Part shown: piece after piece, positions 1-9,864 of the stretch | Numbering within the stretch: position 1 is the first letter of the stretch | Layout: every line of letters starts with the position of its first letter | Assembly: GCA_027451745.1 (NCBI GenBank) | Contig: DAIDIP010000005.1 | Span: forward strand, 61,505 to 125,504 | DNA length: 64,000 nucleotides | Source: Candidatus Melainabacteria bacterium | Lineage (GTDB): Bacteria; Cyanobacteriota; Vampirovibrionia; Obscuribacterales; Obscuribacteraceae | Direction: 5' to 3' | Notes under the pieces: model-generated | What the model was told of the DNA's origin: nothing | Database searches by the model: none | Seen by the model: the letters and a program-made list of their open reading frames with translations, nothing else | Position numbers and translations under genes: made by a program

Positions 1-12
1 ACACTCGGTCAA

Positions 13-1044
13 ATGGATCAACCCGCCGAACCAGCGCACCTAACCGTCAAGTCCGATATCCTCACCGAACCATCAGATCCATCGGCTTCCACAATGAATG
101 ATATTCCCGTTATGCCGAACGAGCAAAGTTTAATGGATCGATTAAGACTCAAAACTCGTAGCTTCGATCAATCAGGCTTATTTGCTCATGCTCAATCTCA
201 ACCAGGGAAAATTGGCACTCAAGGTTTCCCAGATCTCAATAAGTCGGGAAGCGATACTCAAGCTGTGCTACCTGCTTTAGATGAATCTGGGGGACACCAG
301 GCCTATACACCGAATAGCCTTTCTTTGGCTCCTCCCGAACCAGTTCTAAAAGAAACCCAATCGCACCCATCTCACAATGTTCAAAATCAGGTACCTGCAC
401 CGACCTTAAGTGGTGACTCTAGTGTTTATGACCAATTAATGAACGCTGACCTAGCTGAGTTGATCGACAAATATAATCAACTAAAGCATAAAATAGATGA
501 AGCTCAAAAACATATGGAGCAAATCGCTAATCAACTTAATGCTATAAAAGCCTTAGGAACCAATCTGATTGGCGGTAGTGGCAATGCCTTGGTTGACGCT
601 TGCAATAAAGTCTTCTCCCAGTTAGGCTGGCAAATTGCTCCTAACAAACAAGATCCGCAGGAATTGTTATTAACTCAAGATGGACAACTATCTATAGCCA
701 GAGTAATTTGGACTGCAGAAGAACCCGAAAGATCTCATTTAGGTCAATTATCTATTTCACAAACTCATCATTGGTGCGAACAAGGTCAAGAACCAAAAGG
801 CATACTAATAATCAGTCGTCTCAATGATAACGGTTTGAAAACCCCCAACCTCACTCATGCTGATTACGAGAGTGAATTGACAAAATATGCAGCCAAAAAG
901 AATGTTTGCATGATGACAAGCTTGCAAGTTTTAGCTATTTATCGCGATTTGATCTTAAAGAATGCTGATATAAGAACTTTGCGTGAAAAAATAATGTCCA
1001 CGAACGGCTGGCTTGATGGTTTTGCAATAAAATCTTCACAGTAA
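13..1044 (+). CDS. Hypothetical protein: low-complexity Pro/Ser/Gln-rich N-terminal half, short coiled coil, globular C-terminal domain; possibly 5'-truncated by the window edge
   Basis: 343-aa ORF. The frame is open from base 1 (aca ctc ggt caa ATG), so the true start may lie upstream. No family motif recognised. Heptad-like stretch DLAELIDKYNQLKHKIDEAQKHMEQIANQLNAIK. Confidence 0.5.
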   Translation: MDQPAEPAHLTVKSDILTEPSDPSASTMNDIPVMPNEQSLMDRLRLKTRSFDQSGLFAHAQSQPGKIGTQGFPDLNKSGSDTQAVLPALDESGGHQAYTPNSLSLAPPEPVLKETQSHPSHNVQNQVPAPTLSGDSSVYDQLMNADLAELIDKYNQLKHKIDEAQKHMEQIANQLNAIKALGTNLIGGSGNALVDACNKVFSQLGWQIAPNKQDPQELLLTQDGQLSIARVIWTAEEPERSHLGQLSISQTHHWCEQGQEPKGILIISRLNDNGLKTPNLTHADYESELTKYAAKKNVCMMTSLQVLAIYRDLILKNADIRTLREKIMSTNGWLDGFAIKSSQ

Positions 1045-1065
1045 TAATTCAATTTATTATGGAAT

Positions 1066-2754
1066 CTAACTGGGTTTCCCCCATAACCATCCTTGCCCAT
1101 AATTGACACCTAGATCAATCAAGATTTGAACTTCTTCTTCCATCTCAATACCTTCGGCAATAAGTTCTGCCCCTAAAGCATTAACCACTTTTATAAGCCT
1201 TTTCAATGAATAAGCTTTTGCCTCATCTGTAGCTATGCCAGAAACATATTTGCGATCTATTTTGACAATATCAGGCTCAAGGATAATGAGACTTTCTAGT
1301 GAACTGCGTCCGAACCCTACATCATCAATAGCAACTAACAAACCTCTTTCGCGTAAAGCCATTACATGATCTTTTAAATAAGTAGGATCACCAATGAATT
1401 GCTGTTCACTAATTTCCACACAGAATCGTTCCGGTTTAATATCAGGCGGAAAAATCTGCATCAAACGCTCAATTGGCGTATCAATAATGGTAGATGGAAA
1501 AAGATTTACATGATAGCGAATCCTATTGGCTCTATCTTTAAATTTAGATTCGCTTAAAGCCTGGACACAGGTTCGCAAACAGCGCAAATCAACAGCAGTA
1601 AGCAAATTGTATTCAACACTAACGCGGAAAAGATCATCAGGCATCTCAAAAGGTCCAGCTGGGCCTCGACTCAGAAGTTCATAACCAACCACCGACAAGT
1701 CACGCAAATCAAAAATAGGCATAGATACAGCCTTAAAACAATCTCCGTGTCTGAGCTTATCCATCAATTCACTGAGGGCATCCGGGCTTTTATCAGACAG
1801 TATCTTGTGTTTTTCTCCAGATGAAACTCGATTTTTACCGAGTATTTTGCTTTCTTGAACCGCTAAGCGCACTAAAGAAAGTATTTCTTCGATTGAATAA
1901 TATTCATGCGATAACGCTAAAACACCTAAACTTGCTGTCAAACGTACAGTTTCCGCTGCCAATCTCAAAGGAGATTCTGCCACAGCCAAACGCACTTTTT
2001 CTGCTACTAACATTCCTTCGGCAAAACGTGTTTCTGGCAAAAGCAAAAGAAATTCATCGCCACCAGTGCGAGCAATATAGTCAGTAGGACGCAACGTACC
2101 TTTTAGTCGCCCAACTACTTCTTTTAGAACAACATCCCCAACACCATGCCCAAATGACTGGTTTATACGATCAAAATTATCACAATCTAAAAGAACAGCA
2201 CTTGTATAATTTCCGGCCCTTTTGGCACGCTTTGCTTCTTCTTCTAATGCCCGTTCCAACCCTGTTAGATTGAGCACAGCTGTTAAATTATCGATATCGG
2301 TAAGAGATTGCAATTTTTTATTTGCAGTTTCAAGCTCTTTTGTTGCGTGTGATAGCTTGGCCTCAAGCCTTTTAACTTCAAGTGTATGCAGCATTCTTTG
2401 AAAAACTTGTTTGGCATTAAATTCGCTTCGTCTAATGTATTCTGTAATTCCAAAAGCATTAGCCTGGGCATTTAAATCTTCGTCGTCTCCCTTATCGACA
2501 ATAAATATGGGTAAAGATGCAGCTTGTTCTTTAACGCGACGGATCACTTCCGCATCTGCAGCATTTTTCAATGGTAGGTCTAACAAAACAAGGTCATAGC
2601 CACCTGATTTAAGTCTTGACAAACCAGTATTTAATAGATTGGTTGTTTCAATAGAAAAGTGCGAATTTACTACCGATTCCATTAATTTACTTAAAGCCAA
2701 AGGATCCTTTGAATCATTTTCAATCAAAAGCACGCTTGCTTTTTCTTTAGCCAT
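1066..2754 (-). CDS. Response-regulator receiver + GGDEF + EAL protein (c-di-GMP turnover)
   Basis: REC with acceptor Asp context DLVLLDLPL. Intact GGDEF (ARTGGDEFLLLLP) with RPTD at the RxxD I-site spacing. EAL-domain motifs YELLSR, NLFP, EISEQ, DDVGFG, KIDR, EGIE, GQGWLWGKP. Confidence 0.9.
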   Translation of the reverse strand: MAKEKASVLLIENDSKDPLALSKLMESVVNSHFSIETTNLLNTGLSRLKSGGYDLVLLDLPLKNAADAEVIRRVKEQAASLPIFIVDKGDDEDLNAQANAFGITEYIRRSEFNAKQVFQRMLHTLEVKRLEAKLSHATKELETANKKLQSLTDIDNLTAVLNLTGLERALEEEAKRAKRAGNYTSAVLLDCDNFDRINQSFGHGVGDVVLKEVVGRLKGTLRPTDYIARTGGDEFLLLLPETRFAEGMLVAEKVRLAVAESPLRLAAETVRLTASLGVLALSHEYYSIEEILSLVRLAVQESKILGKNRVSSGEKHKILSDKSPDALSELMDKLRHGDCFKAVSMPIFDLRDLSVVGYELLSRGPAGPFEMPDDLFRVSVEYNLLTAVDLRCLRTCVQALSESKFKDRANRIRYHVNLFPSTIIDTPIERLMQIFPPDIKPERFCVEISEQQFIGDPTYLKDHVMALRERGLLVAIDDVGFGRSSLESLIILEPDIVKIDRKYVSGIATDEAKAYSLKRLIKVVNALGAELIAEGIEMEEEVQILIDLGVNYGQGWLWGKPS

Positions 2755-3003
2755 CTTTTGCCCCGATAAAACCCTCTTCCGTTTTAATCTTATAGCTTAA
2801 GAGAAGTTTTTGCGACAGTGAGATCCTAATTAATTGTCTTTGCAGTCCAAAACTGTTTTTATCCAAAACGCTAATTATGAACGATAAAATATGCCTTTCT
2901 CCTAATCCAACTGCTATTTATGCTAATTTACTAGCACCTTTGTTTTATAAATATGTTTATTTAAAGGTTTAAAATCCTATTTTCAATTTTCCCTAATCAT
3001 ATC

Positions 3004-4050
3004 GTGTCTAATAACCCTTCTCCACCTTCTATAACCCCTCCTGTCCTTTGGCAGGGAAAACATAAAATCACCAAACAATTAATAGGCATAGTAGCAGCCT
3101 GTTTATTAGTTTGGTTTTCATTTAAAGGCGCCAATCTATCAAAAGTCTTAAATTATGCGGCCCAGGCAAATCCATTTTTTTTGGGTTTAATGTGCCTTTC
3201 AGCCATTGCGAGCCATTTTGTCCGCGCCTGGCGTTGGACTATTCTTCTACGTCCTTTGAAAGGAACTAAAATCAGTCTCTGGCATTCTTTCTGCGCAGTT
3301 ATATATGGCTATGCCGTCAATATAGCTATCCCCAGGGGCGGTGAAATCGTTAGATTGATATCCATAGCAAAAATGGAGGATATGCCCTGGGCTGGTGTTT
3401 TGCCTACTTTACTAATTGATCGCTTACTGGACTTGGTTACTATAGCCATTTTAATTGGCTGCACAATAATTAGCCTGCCTGCAGACACATTAAAAAGCCT
3501 CCCTTGGCTCTATCCTTCCGGCATTACAATCACCATCAGCAGCCTTACCCTGCTTTTACTGTTACCAAAAATGTCTCCAATTATGTCTTTTATTCTTTCC
3601 ATTTCTGTCATAAAACGTTGGTTGCCCAGCACTATGGTAGAAAAGGTACAGCATTTGTTAGGACAATTTGCTGATGGTACTAAATGTCTAACCAACCCTG
3701 TAGCTTATCCTGTAATTGCTTTAGCCAGTATAATTATTTGGTGCTTTTACTGGCTTAATTTCTATTTTGTCATGCTTGCTTTCGGCATAGATAAAAGTCT
3801 TACTTTTGGAAAAGGGCTAACTTTATTTACTGTTAGCTCATTAGGAAGCCTTGTGCCTACTCCTGGCTGTGTTGGTGGTTTCCATCTTTTAGTAAGTCAG
3901 TCATTGGTTCTTATATTTAATATCAATGAAAACCTGGCTTTAGCTTTTGCAACTGTGCTACATGCTTTTGCCTTTGTCATAACAATATGTCTAACAGCCT
4001 CTCTTTGCCTCATTTGGGAGAATGTAATTAAAAATGGCAAAAAGGACTGA
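3004..4050 (+). CDS. Flippase-like / lysylphosphatidylglycerol-synthase TM-region family (UPF0104) membrane protein
   Basis: Polytopic hydrophobic 348-aa ORF with a GTG start. Family-like motifs RAWRWTILLRPL and IPRGGEIVRL. Confidence 0.65.
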   Translation: MSNNPSPPSITPPVLWQGKHKITKQLIGIVAACLLVWFSFKGANLSKVLNYAAQANPFFLGLMCLSAIASHFVRAWRWTILLRPLKGTKISLWHSFCAVIYGYAVNIAIPRGGEIVRLISIAKMEDMPWAGVLPTLLIDRLLDLVTIAILIGCTIISLPADTLKSLPWLYPSGITITISSLTLLLLLPKMSPIMSFILSISVIKRWLPSTMVEKVQHLLGQFADGTKCLTNPVAYPVIALASIIIWCFYWLNFYFVMLAFGIDKSLTFGKGLTLFTVSSLGSLVPTPGCVGGFHLLVSQSLVLIFNINENLALAFATVLHAFAFVITICLTASLCLIWENVIKNGKKD

Positions 4051-4068
4051 TATTTTTGTGCTGTATTT

Positions 4069-4908
4069 TTATTTTTGACAAATCAAACAGAAATGTGTGG
4101 ATCTTCCGGCCAGTTTGATTCGTTCGATTGGAGATTTACATAATCTACATTTTCTGCCTGTCCTTCCATAAACAAAAGCAGAATGTTGGTAATTACCATT
4201 TACCCCTTTGGCATCAACAAAATCTTTTATACTAGATCCGCCTAATTTTATTGCTTTATTCAATGTATTTGGAATTACTTTTGCCAGATTTTTTGCCTGC
4301 TTCTTATTTATTTTTCCTGCCGGAGTAAGCGGATGAATGCCCGCTTGAAAAAGAATTTCGTCAGCATATATATTGCCAATACCAGTCAACAGCCTTTGAT
4401 CAAGCAACGCTGTTTTTATAGATTGCCGTTTCTTATGAAAAAGAGTTTGTAGTTGCTTTCCATTAAGTTCATTCAATGGCTCAATGCCCAGAGATGCAAA
4501 TGAAGGTATTGCCTCAGCAAGAGTTATTTTTGATGAAACCGCCCATAGCCGTCCGAACACTCGCATATCTTCAAATATAAGCTGTTCACCACTATTAAGC
4601 ATAAAATTGACTCTCACAAATTTTGAGCGTTTGTCAAAATCATGTTTTTTATCCACCAACAGCAGGCGACCTGACATACGCAAGTGCACTATAAGAAACT
4701 TATTCCTTTCCTTTAAATGAAATAGTAAGTACTTGCCTCGCCGACTTATATCTCGGAAAGTTTGTCCTTTCAATTCTTTTCTGAATCTTTCAGGTGTTGG
4801 ATAACCAATCGAAAGTTCTCTAAAAACTTCCACGCTTAGTATTTTTTTTCCTACCAGTTCTTTCAGCAGACTACGTCTTACTATTTCAACCTCAGGCAAT
4901 TCCGGCAT
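4069..4908 (-). CDS. mutM: Formamidopyrimidine-DNA glycosylase (Fpg/MutM)
   Basis: Internal Met gives the canonical N-terminus MPELPEVE (catalytic Pro2/Glu3). C-terminal zinc finger CRLCKSPIERIKLAGRSTHFCLICQ. The 28 upstream codons of the track ORF (to 4992) are rejected as an artefactual extension. Confidence 0.9.
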   Translation of the reverse strand: MPELPEVEIVRRSLLKELVGKKILSVEVFRELSIGYPTPERFRKELKGQTFRDISRRGKYLLFHLKERNKFLIVHLRMSGRLLLVDKKHDFDKRSKFVRVNFMLNSGEQLIFEDMRVFGRLWAVSSKITLAEAIPSFASLGIEPLNELNGKQLQTLFHKKRQSIKTALLDQRLLTGIGNIYADEILFQAGIHPLTPAGKINKKQAKNLAKVIPNTLNKAIKLGGSSIKDFVDAKGVNGNYQHSAFVYGRTGRKCRLCKSPIERIKLAGRSTHFCLICQK

Positions 4909-4922
4909 ATAAATACTATTGC

Positions 4923-6050
4923 TCAACCAACAAAATAAAATCCAGCTCCTAAAATGGCGTAGACCGCCAGCAATTGCACTCCTTCCAACCAATTACATTC
5001 GCCATCTGTAGCTATAAAAGCGAGGATTATAACGGAAACGATTATCGATAAAAGCTCCAATTCATTGAAACGCAAATCAATTGGTTTGCCTATTAAAAGA
5101 CCTGCAAAAACTATAACAGGTGCTACAAATAAAGCGATTTGTGCACCAGAGCTTAAAGCTATATGCATAGCCAAATTCATATTGTTTTTCCAGGCCATGA
5201 GAATAGCTGTGCTATGTTCGGCTGCATTACCAATAATAGCCACTAGAATTACGCCAATAAAAATCTTGTTGAGCCCTAAGGTCGCTGCCCCTGCAGCCAG
5301 CGTCTTTACTAGATACTCACTCAACACTGCCACCATTATCGAGGACAAGAGTAAAACCAATAACGGCCGACCCATATTTTTCCACGTCATTTGATGATCA
5401 ATTTTTTCTTCTTTATGAACATATTTAGGCTTATGCTGATGTGATAAGGACCTGCTCTCGTTCTGTAAACTATAAGTAATACTCAAAAAATAAGTAATGA
5501 TTTGTACGCCAGCTATTGCTAGTGCTAAAGCAATTTCTTTGCCTTGTAAGTTCTGCAAAAAAGAAGCATTCCTATCGTATACACCACTCAATTGCCAATA
5601 TTGCGAATAATGGAATACTGCTGGCACGGTCAAACTTATTGCTGCTAGGGCAAGTAATGTTGCAGAAGTAGTTGCCGACCGGCGATCAAATTTCTGACGT
5701 CGGTGTTTCCAGCCACCTACTAGCATGCTACCCCCTAAGACTAGCAAAACATTCCCGATTATAGAACCTGTAATAGAAGCCTTAACAACGTCAACAAAAC
5801 CAGCTTGCAGAGCCACAAAAGCTAAAATTAATTCGCAGGCATTGCCAAAAGTAGCATTTACCAAACCACTCAATCCAGGGCCCACATGTTCAGCTAATGA
5901 CTCTGTTGCCCGTCCCATAATTGCGGCCAGAGGAATTATCCCTAGGCAAGCTGTTATAAAAACAAATACGGGCGACAGTCCCAATAATTTGCCGATAATG
6001 GGCAAAGGAACAAATATCAAGCACAGATTCAGTATGGTATTTAATTTCAT
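4923..6050 (-). CDS. cax: Ca2+/H+ antiporter, CaCA/CAX family
   Basis: About 11 TM segments. Both alpha-repeat signatures are present (GNACELILA and GNAAEHSTA). ATG start. Confidence 0.85.
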   Translation of the reverse strand: MKLNTILNLCLIFVPLPIIGKLLGLSPVFVFITACLGIIPLAAIMGRATESLAEHVGPGLSGLVNATFGNACELILAFVALQAGFVDVVKASITGSIIGNVLLVLGGSMLVGGWKHRRQKFDRRSATTSATLLALAAISLTVPAVFHYSQYWQLSGVYDRNASFLQNLQGKEIALALAIAGVQIITYFLSITYSLQNESRSLSHQHKPKYVHKEEKIDHQMTWKNMGRPLLVLLLSSIMVAVLSEYLVKTLAAGAATLGLNKIFIGVILVAIIGNAAEHSTAILMAWKNNMNLAMHIALSSGAQIALFVAPVIVFAGLLIGKPIDLRFNELELLSIIVSVIILAFIATDGECNWLEGVQLLAVYAILGAGFYFVG

Positions 6051-6313
6051 TACGTAAGCTTAGATGAATCGCCGTTTGGCGATTATTATTTAGAATCCTA
6101 CCGCCTACAGTAAGAATTTTAAAGTTATTAACTCGCCTATCTCTGTGCTGGGTTCTTTACCATGGTATTCTTTAATTTGTCTATGAGTAATAATTAAAAT
6201 TGTCAGTTATTACGTACTTTCAACATTCACAGGACACTCGTAGTAACATACTGTTACAGAGGTTGTAATATGAGCTAATTCATACAAATCTGAGATTCAG
6301 GAGGAGGCATTTC

Positions 6314-7597
6314 ATGGTACCCATTAGGTCCGTCAAAAAGGAGTCCGTGGAATGCGAAACTGAGCATTTTCTTATGGCCCAAAAGCAATTAGATGAAATT
6401 GCTGCTGAAATGGGTCTTGATGCCGAATTGCACGAACGTTTACGTTACCCCAAAAGATCATTAATTGTCAGCATTCCTGTCCGTCTTGACAGTGGTAAAG
6501 TCCAGACATTTACTGGCTATCGTGTCCATCATGATGTTTCTTTAGGACCAGCTAAAGGTGGTATACGCTTCCACCCAGAAGTAAATTTGGGCGAGGTAGC
6601 GGGTTTAGCCATGCTCATGACCTGGAAATGTGCTCTTATGGGCTTACCATTTGGTGGCGCCAAGGGCGGTATACGCTGCGAACCATGGAAAATGTCTAGT
6701 GGTGAATTGGAACGCTTAACCAGACGCTATACAGCCGAAATTATTAATCTCATTGGCCCAGATAAAGACATTCCTGCCCCAGATATGTATACAAACGAGC
6801 AAACTATGGCTTGGATTATGGACACCTATAGTATTAATGTCGGTTATACAGTTCCTAGTGTAGTGACAGGCAAACCAATTTCTATTGGTGGATCATTGGG
6901 CAGACAAGAAGCCACAGGGCGCGGGGTCGCTTATTGCGCTAAACAAGCTGCAGCTTTCACTGAATTAAATGCAAAAAATCCCTCTGTCGTTATCCAAGGA
7001 TTTGGCAATGTTGGTTCTGTAACAGCCAAACTCTTATATGAATCCGGTTATAAGATCATTGCCGTTTCAGATGTTTATGGCGGAATCTATAACATGGACG
7101 GTTTGGATATACCGCGCCTTCTTGCTTATGTTTCTGAAATGGGCAAAGTAGGAGAATTTGCCGGTGGGAAGACAATAAGCAATGAAGAGTTATTGGCACT
7201 TCCTTGCGATATTTTGATTCCTGCTGCGCTAGGAAATCAAATCCGCAAAGATAATGTAGCTGATTTAAAATGCAAAATAATTGTTGAAGCTGCCAATGGT
7301 CCTACTAGTCCAGAAGCTGATCAATATTTGCAAGACAAAAAAATTGTCGTTGTGCCAGACGTTCTAGCTAATGCCGGTGGTGTCACAGTTAGTTACTTTG
7401 AATGGGTTCAAGGTTTAATGCATCTATTTTGGACTGAAGAAGAGGTCAATCAAAGACTCGAACAAATTATGGGTCGGGCTTGTCAGCAAATCTTTGAATT
7501 AAGCAAAAAAACTGGCTTGCGTCTTCGTATGGCAGCTTTACGTATTGGCATTAGTCGTCTTGCTGAAGCTAAACGCTTGCGTGGTTTGTACCCATAA
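6314..7597 (+). CDS. gdhA: Glutamate dehydrogenase (Glu/Leu/Phe/Val dehydrogenase family)
   Basis: Motifs GPAKGGIRFHP, PFGGAKGGI (catalytic Lys region), GFGNVGS dinucleotide fold. AGGAGG 6 nt upstream of the ATG. Confidence 0.9.
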   Translation: MVPIRSVKKESVECETEHFLMAQKQLDEIAAEMGLDAELHERLRYPKRSLIVSIPVRLDSGKVQTFTGYRVHHDVSLGPAKGGIRFHPEVNLGEVAGLAMLMTWKCALMGLPFGGAKGGIRCEPWKMSSGELERLTRRYTAEIINLIGPDKDIPAPDMYTNEQTMAWIMDTYSINVGYTVPSVVTGKPISIGGSLGRQEATGRGVAYCAKQAAAFTELNAKNPSVVIQGFGNVGSVTAKLLYESGYKIIAVSDVYGGIYNMDGLDIPRLLAYVSEMGKVGEFAGGKTISNEELLALPCDILIPAALGNQIRKDNVADLKCKIIVEAANGPTSPEADQYLQDKKIVVVPDVLANAGGVTVSYFEWVQGLMHLFWTEEEVNQRLEQIMGRACQQIFELSKKTGLRLRMAALRIGISRLAEAKRLRGLYP

Positions 7598-7779
7598 GAA
7601 TAAATCTTTCTAAAATATATAGCTTTTCAACGCTAAAAGCGTATCAATCTATTGTTCATTCCCTTTCTGCGAGTAAAAATAATTTTTACTATCGCTAAAG
7701 AGTGCAATTTAATGAACAAAGCGGGAACAGAAATAAAGGGATTATATTAATAGGGCATATCCTCAACTTCAAATAACAA

Positions 7780-9378
7780 ATGTTCCAAACAAGCAAATCA
7801 GCTTCCTCTAGGGTCTTACGTCTGCCAAAACAGATGGCTTTGCCAAGCACAGGTGATATAGGCTTTGTATGCGAACAAGCAGCCAAGGTTATAGGACGCT
7901 TAATAGAATTACCTTTTTCTGCCGCTCAGAATGCTCAAGATAAAGAACATGACTTTATATTGAATGTCTTAATAGCTGCGCAAGGCGCTGAACCTGTTTG
8001 GAGTTTGCAACAAATTACAGCTAATGGCGAACAAACTTTATGGCAGCATGCAACCACAGACACTACCCTTGTCCATTCGTTGATACAAGAATATTCTTCT
8101 AAACCAAGAACCCCGGCTGCAACCCAACAAGCTACATCCATAGCAACTAATCGTGATCTGGGTAATGTCCCTACTGAAAAATTAACCACTGGTATCGGCA
8201 TAAGCCAAATATTAGCTGAAGCGCTGGTAGATGAGCGATCGCTTGCCTCTGGAAACTTAAAAACAACACCCATACCAGCTTTGCTCAAAACTATAAATCA
8301 TCAACACATGACCGGTAAATTAGCCTTAGAGAACAAAAAATTAACTGGGGAAGTATATTTTGTCGATGGCACTCCTGTGCATTGCTTAGTAAAAGGAACT
8401 GCTGGCGATTTAGGCATTAAAGAGCTTATTACTTGGCGAGAAGGTGAATATCGCTTTTATCCTGGACAAAAAACATTAGCTTTAACAATCAACACTCAAA
8501 TGGAGCTCTTGCTCAAAGAAGGATTAACTCTTCTTGAGCAATTGAATTATTTAGAAGCCAACGGCCTGCACATGGAATCATGCCTGGTAAGAAAAAATGC
8601 CATGATTTCCGAAGAAGAATTACGGATCCGCCTAGGGAAAACAGCACCAGAAAATGTAGAGCAACAAATAGATTTTTATGAACTAGTCGATAACCACAGC
8701 ACTATTTTTGAGCTTTTGGCTCGCCGACCTCTAACCAAATCCGAATGGATACCAATCATTTTTAATTTAGTCAGCTCTGCTTTAGTTCAAGTAAGCGATC
8801 AAGGATCACAACAAAATCGTCTTGCTAATTTAAAAGCTTTTGGTATTGATGAAACCGAATTACAAATGGTTAGCAAAAGCTTTCTTAAGGCTGAGACAGG
8901 GATTTTAACTTATCCTGCTTTTATTTATTTTTTAGACCAAGAGTATATGCGCTATCAATATTTTAATTTTCCTTTCTCAGTCATCGTTTTTAGTCTTGGC
9001 TTGAAAAAAGGCGAACATAACCCAATAGAAAGTTTGTCAGCTATTGCCATAAGAAGGGCAATGCAAAGAATTGCTCAGGTCAAACGTCCTGTAGATTTAT
9101 TAGGTCATTTCGAACAAGCCGACTTTACTATGTTATTGCCAAATAGTAATGCTGCTGCTGCTGCTGCTGCTGCCAATCGTATTATTGAAGTCTTATCAGA
9201 AGCACCTCTAACTTCGGATATGGATATGCACAGTATGTGGTCAGCTTACGGTATTGCTACTATCCCCGAAGACTGCCAGGAAATGGACAAACTTTTGCAA
9301 GCAGCAAAAAGGGCACGCGATCAAGCACGTCACGGAAGAGAACGTATAATATTAGCTCGTGGAGCTGCTCCTGACTAA
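7780..9378 (+). CDS. DUF4388 (PATAN-like) domain protein with a degenerate GGDEF-like C-terminal domain
   Basis: Central LKTTPIPALLKTINHQHMTGKLALENKKLTGEVYFVDGTPVHC matches the DUF4388 pattern. The C-terminus has the GGDEF-domain layout, but the signature reads GHFEQADFTMLLP instead of GGDEF. Start codon uncertain (alternative Met at 7834). Confidence 0.6.
   Translation: MFQTSKSASSRVLRLPKQMALPSTGDIGFVCEQAAKVIGRLIELPFSAAQNAQDKEHDFILNVLIAAQGAEPVWSLQQITANGEQTLWQHATTDTTLVHSLIQEYSSKPRTPAATQQATSIATNRDLGNVPTEKLTTGIGISQILAEALVDERSLASGNLKTTPIPALLKTINHQHMTGKLALENKKLTGEVYFVDGTPVHCLVKGTAGDLGIKELITWREGEYRFYPGQKTLALTINTQMELLLKEGLTLLEQLNYLEANGLHMESCLVRKNAMISEEELRIRLGKTAPENVEQQIDFYELVDNHSTIFELLARRPLTKSEWIPIIFNLVSSALVQVSDQGSQQNRLANLKAFGIDETELQMVSKSFLKAETGILTYPAFIYFLDQEYMRYQYFNFPFSVIVFSLGLKKGEHNPIESLSAIAIRRAMQRIAQVKRPVDLLGHFEQADFTMLLPNSNAAAAAAAANRIIEVLSEAPLTSDMDMHSMWSAYGIATIPEDCQEMDKLLQAAKRARDQARHGRERIILARGAAPD
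9151..9171 (+). repeat. (GCT)7 trinucleotide microsatellite, followed by GCC, encoding Ala8 inside the degenerate GGDEF domain
   Basis: Read directly: gctgctgctgctgctgctgct gcc. Protein SNAAAAAAAANR. Confidence 0.95.
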
Positions 9379-9584
9379 TGTGATTGCTATGTACTATGCT
9401 CAAGCGATACCACTATAACGATGGGTTCAAAGTTCAGCCTGTCTTGTTTGACACCGTCACTTATTCACACTACAAAAATGCTTTTGCCTCTATTAGCTGA
9501 ATATTCCGCACCGGCTCTATAATTGAGGCCTTGACAGAAATTTTTTTTGGGCGCATGCTTGAGACCAAAGCATGAGTTTAAGCC

Positions 9585-9851
9585 ATGGACACCCTATTTA
9601 ACGAACCATTTGATTTATTAGAATTCCAGCAGAAAGCACGGGAAATGGTTTGTCCTAAAAAACTTTTTGCCTTTTGGGAAAACATTTGTCGACGCTACGA
9701 AAGGCACGAAATTGGCCAATATCAATTAGATGAGATGAAAGAAGTCATTTGGCCTAATTTACTGGCTTTGTCCTCACTGCGCAAAATTATGGACGAAGAT
9801 GCCCGTCCTCTAAAAAGAAAAACCAGGCGACGCCGCTTAACTGCTAATTAG
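9585..9851 (+). CDS. Small hypothetical protein with a basic C-terminus
   Basis: 88-aa ORF with no recognisable Shine-Dalgarno and no family motif. C-terminal RPLKRKTRRRRL. Confidence 0.3.
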   Translation: MDTLFNEPFDLLEFQQKAREMVCPKKLFAFWENICRRYERHEIGQYQLDEMKEVIWPNLLALSSLRKIMDEDARPLKRKTRRRRLTAN

Positions 9852-9864
9852 ATCGCAGTAACAG

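Noticed and set aside
4909-4992. 28-codon N-terminal extension of the mutM track ORF, overlapping the cax gene end
   Set aside because: Fpg requires Pro2 of MPELPEVE as its N-terminal nucleophile, so the internal Met at 4908 is the real start.
7668-7700. AT-rich hairpin AGTAAAAA-taa-TTTTTACT after gdhA as a terminator
   Set aside because: The stem is almost entirely A:T and no trailing T-run follows, so it is too weak to annotate.
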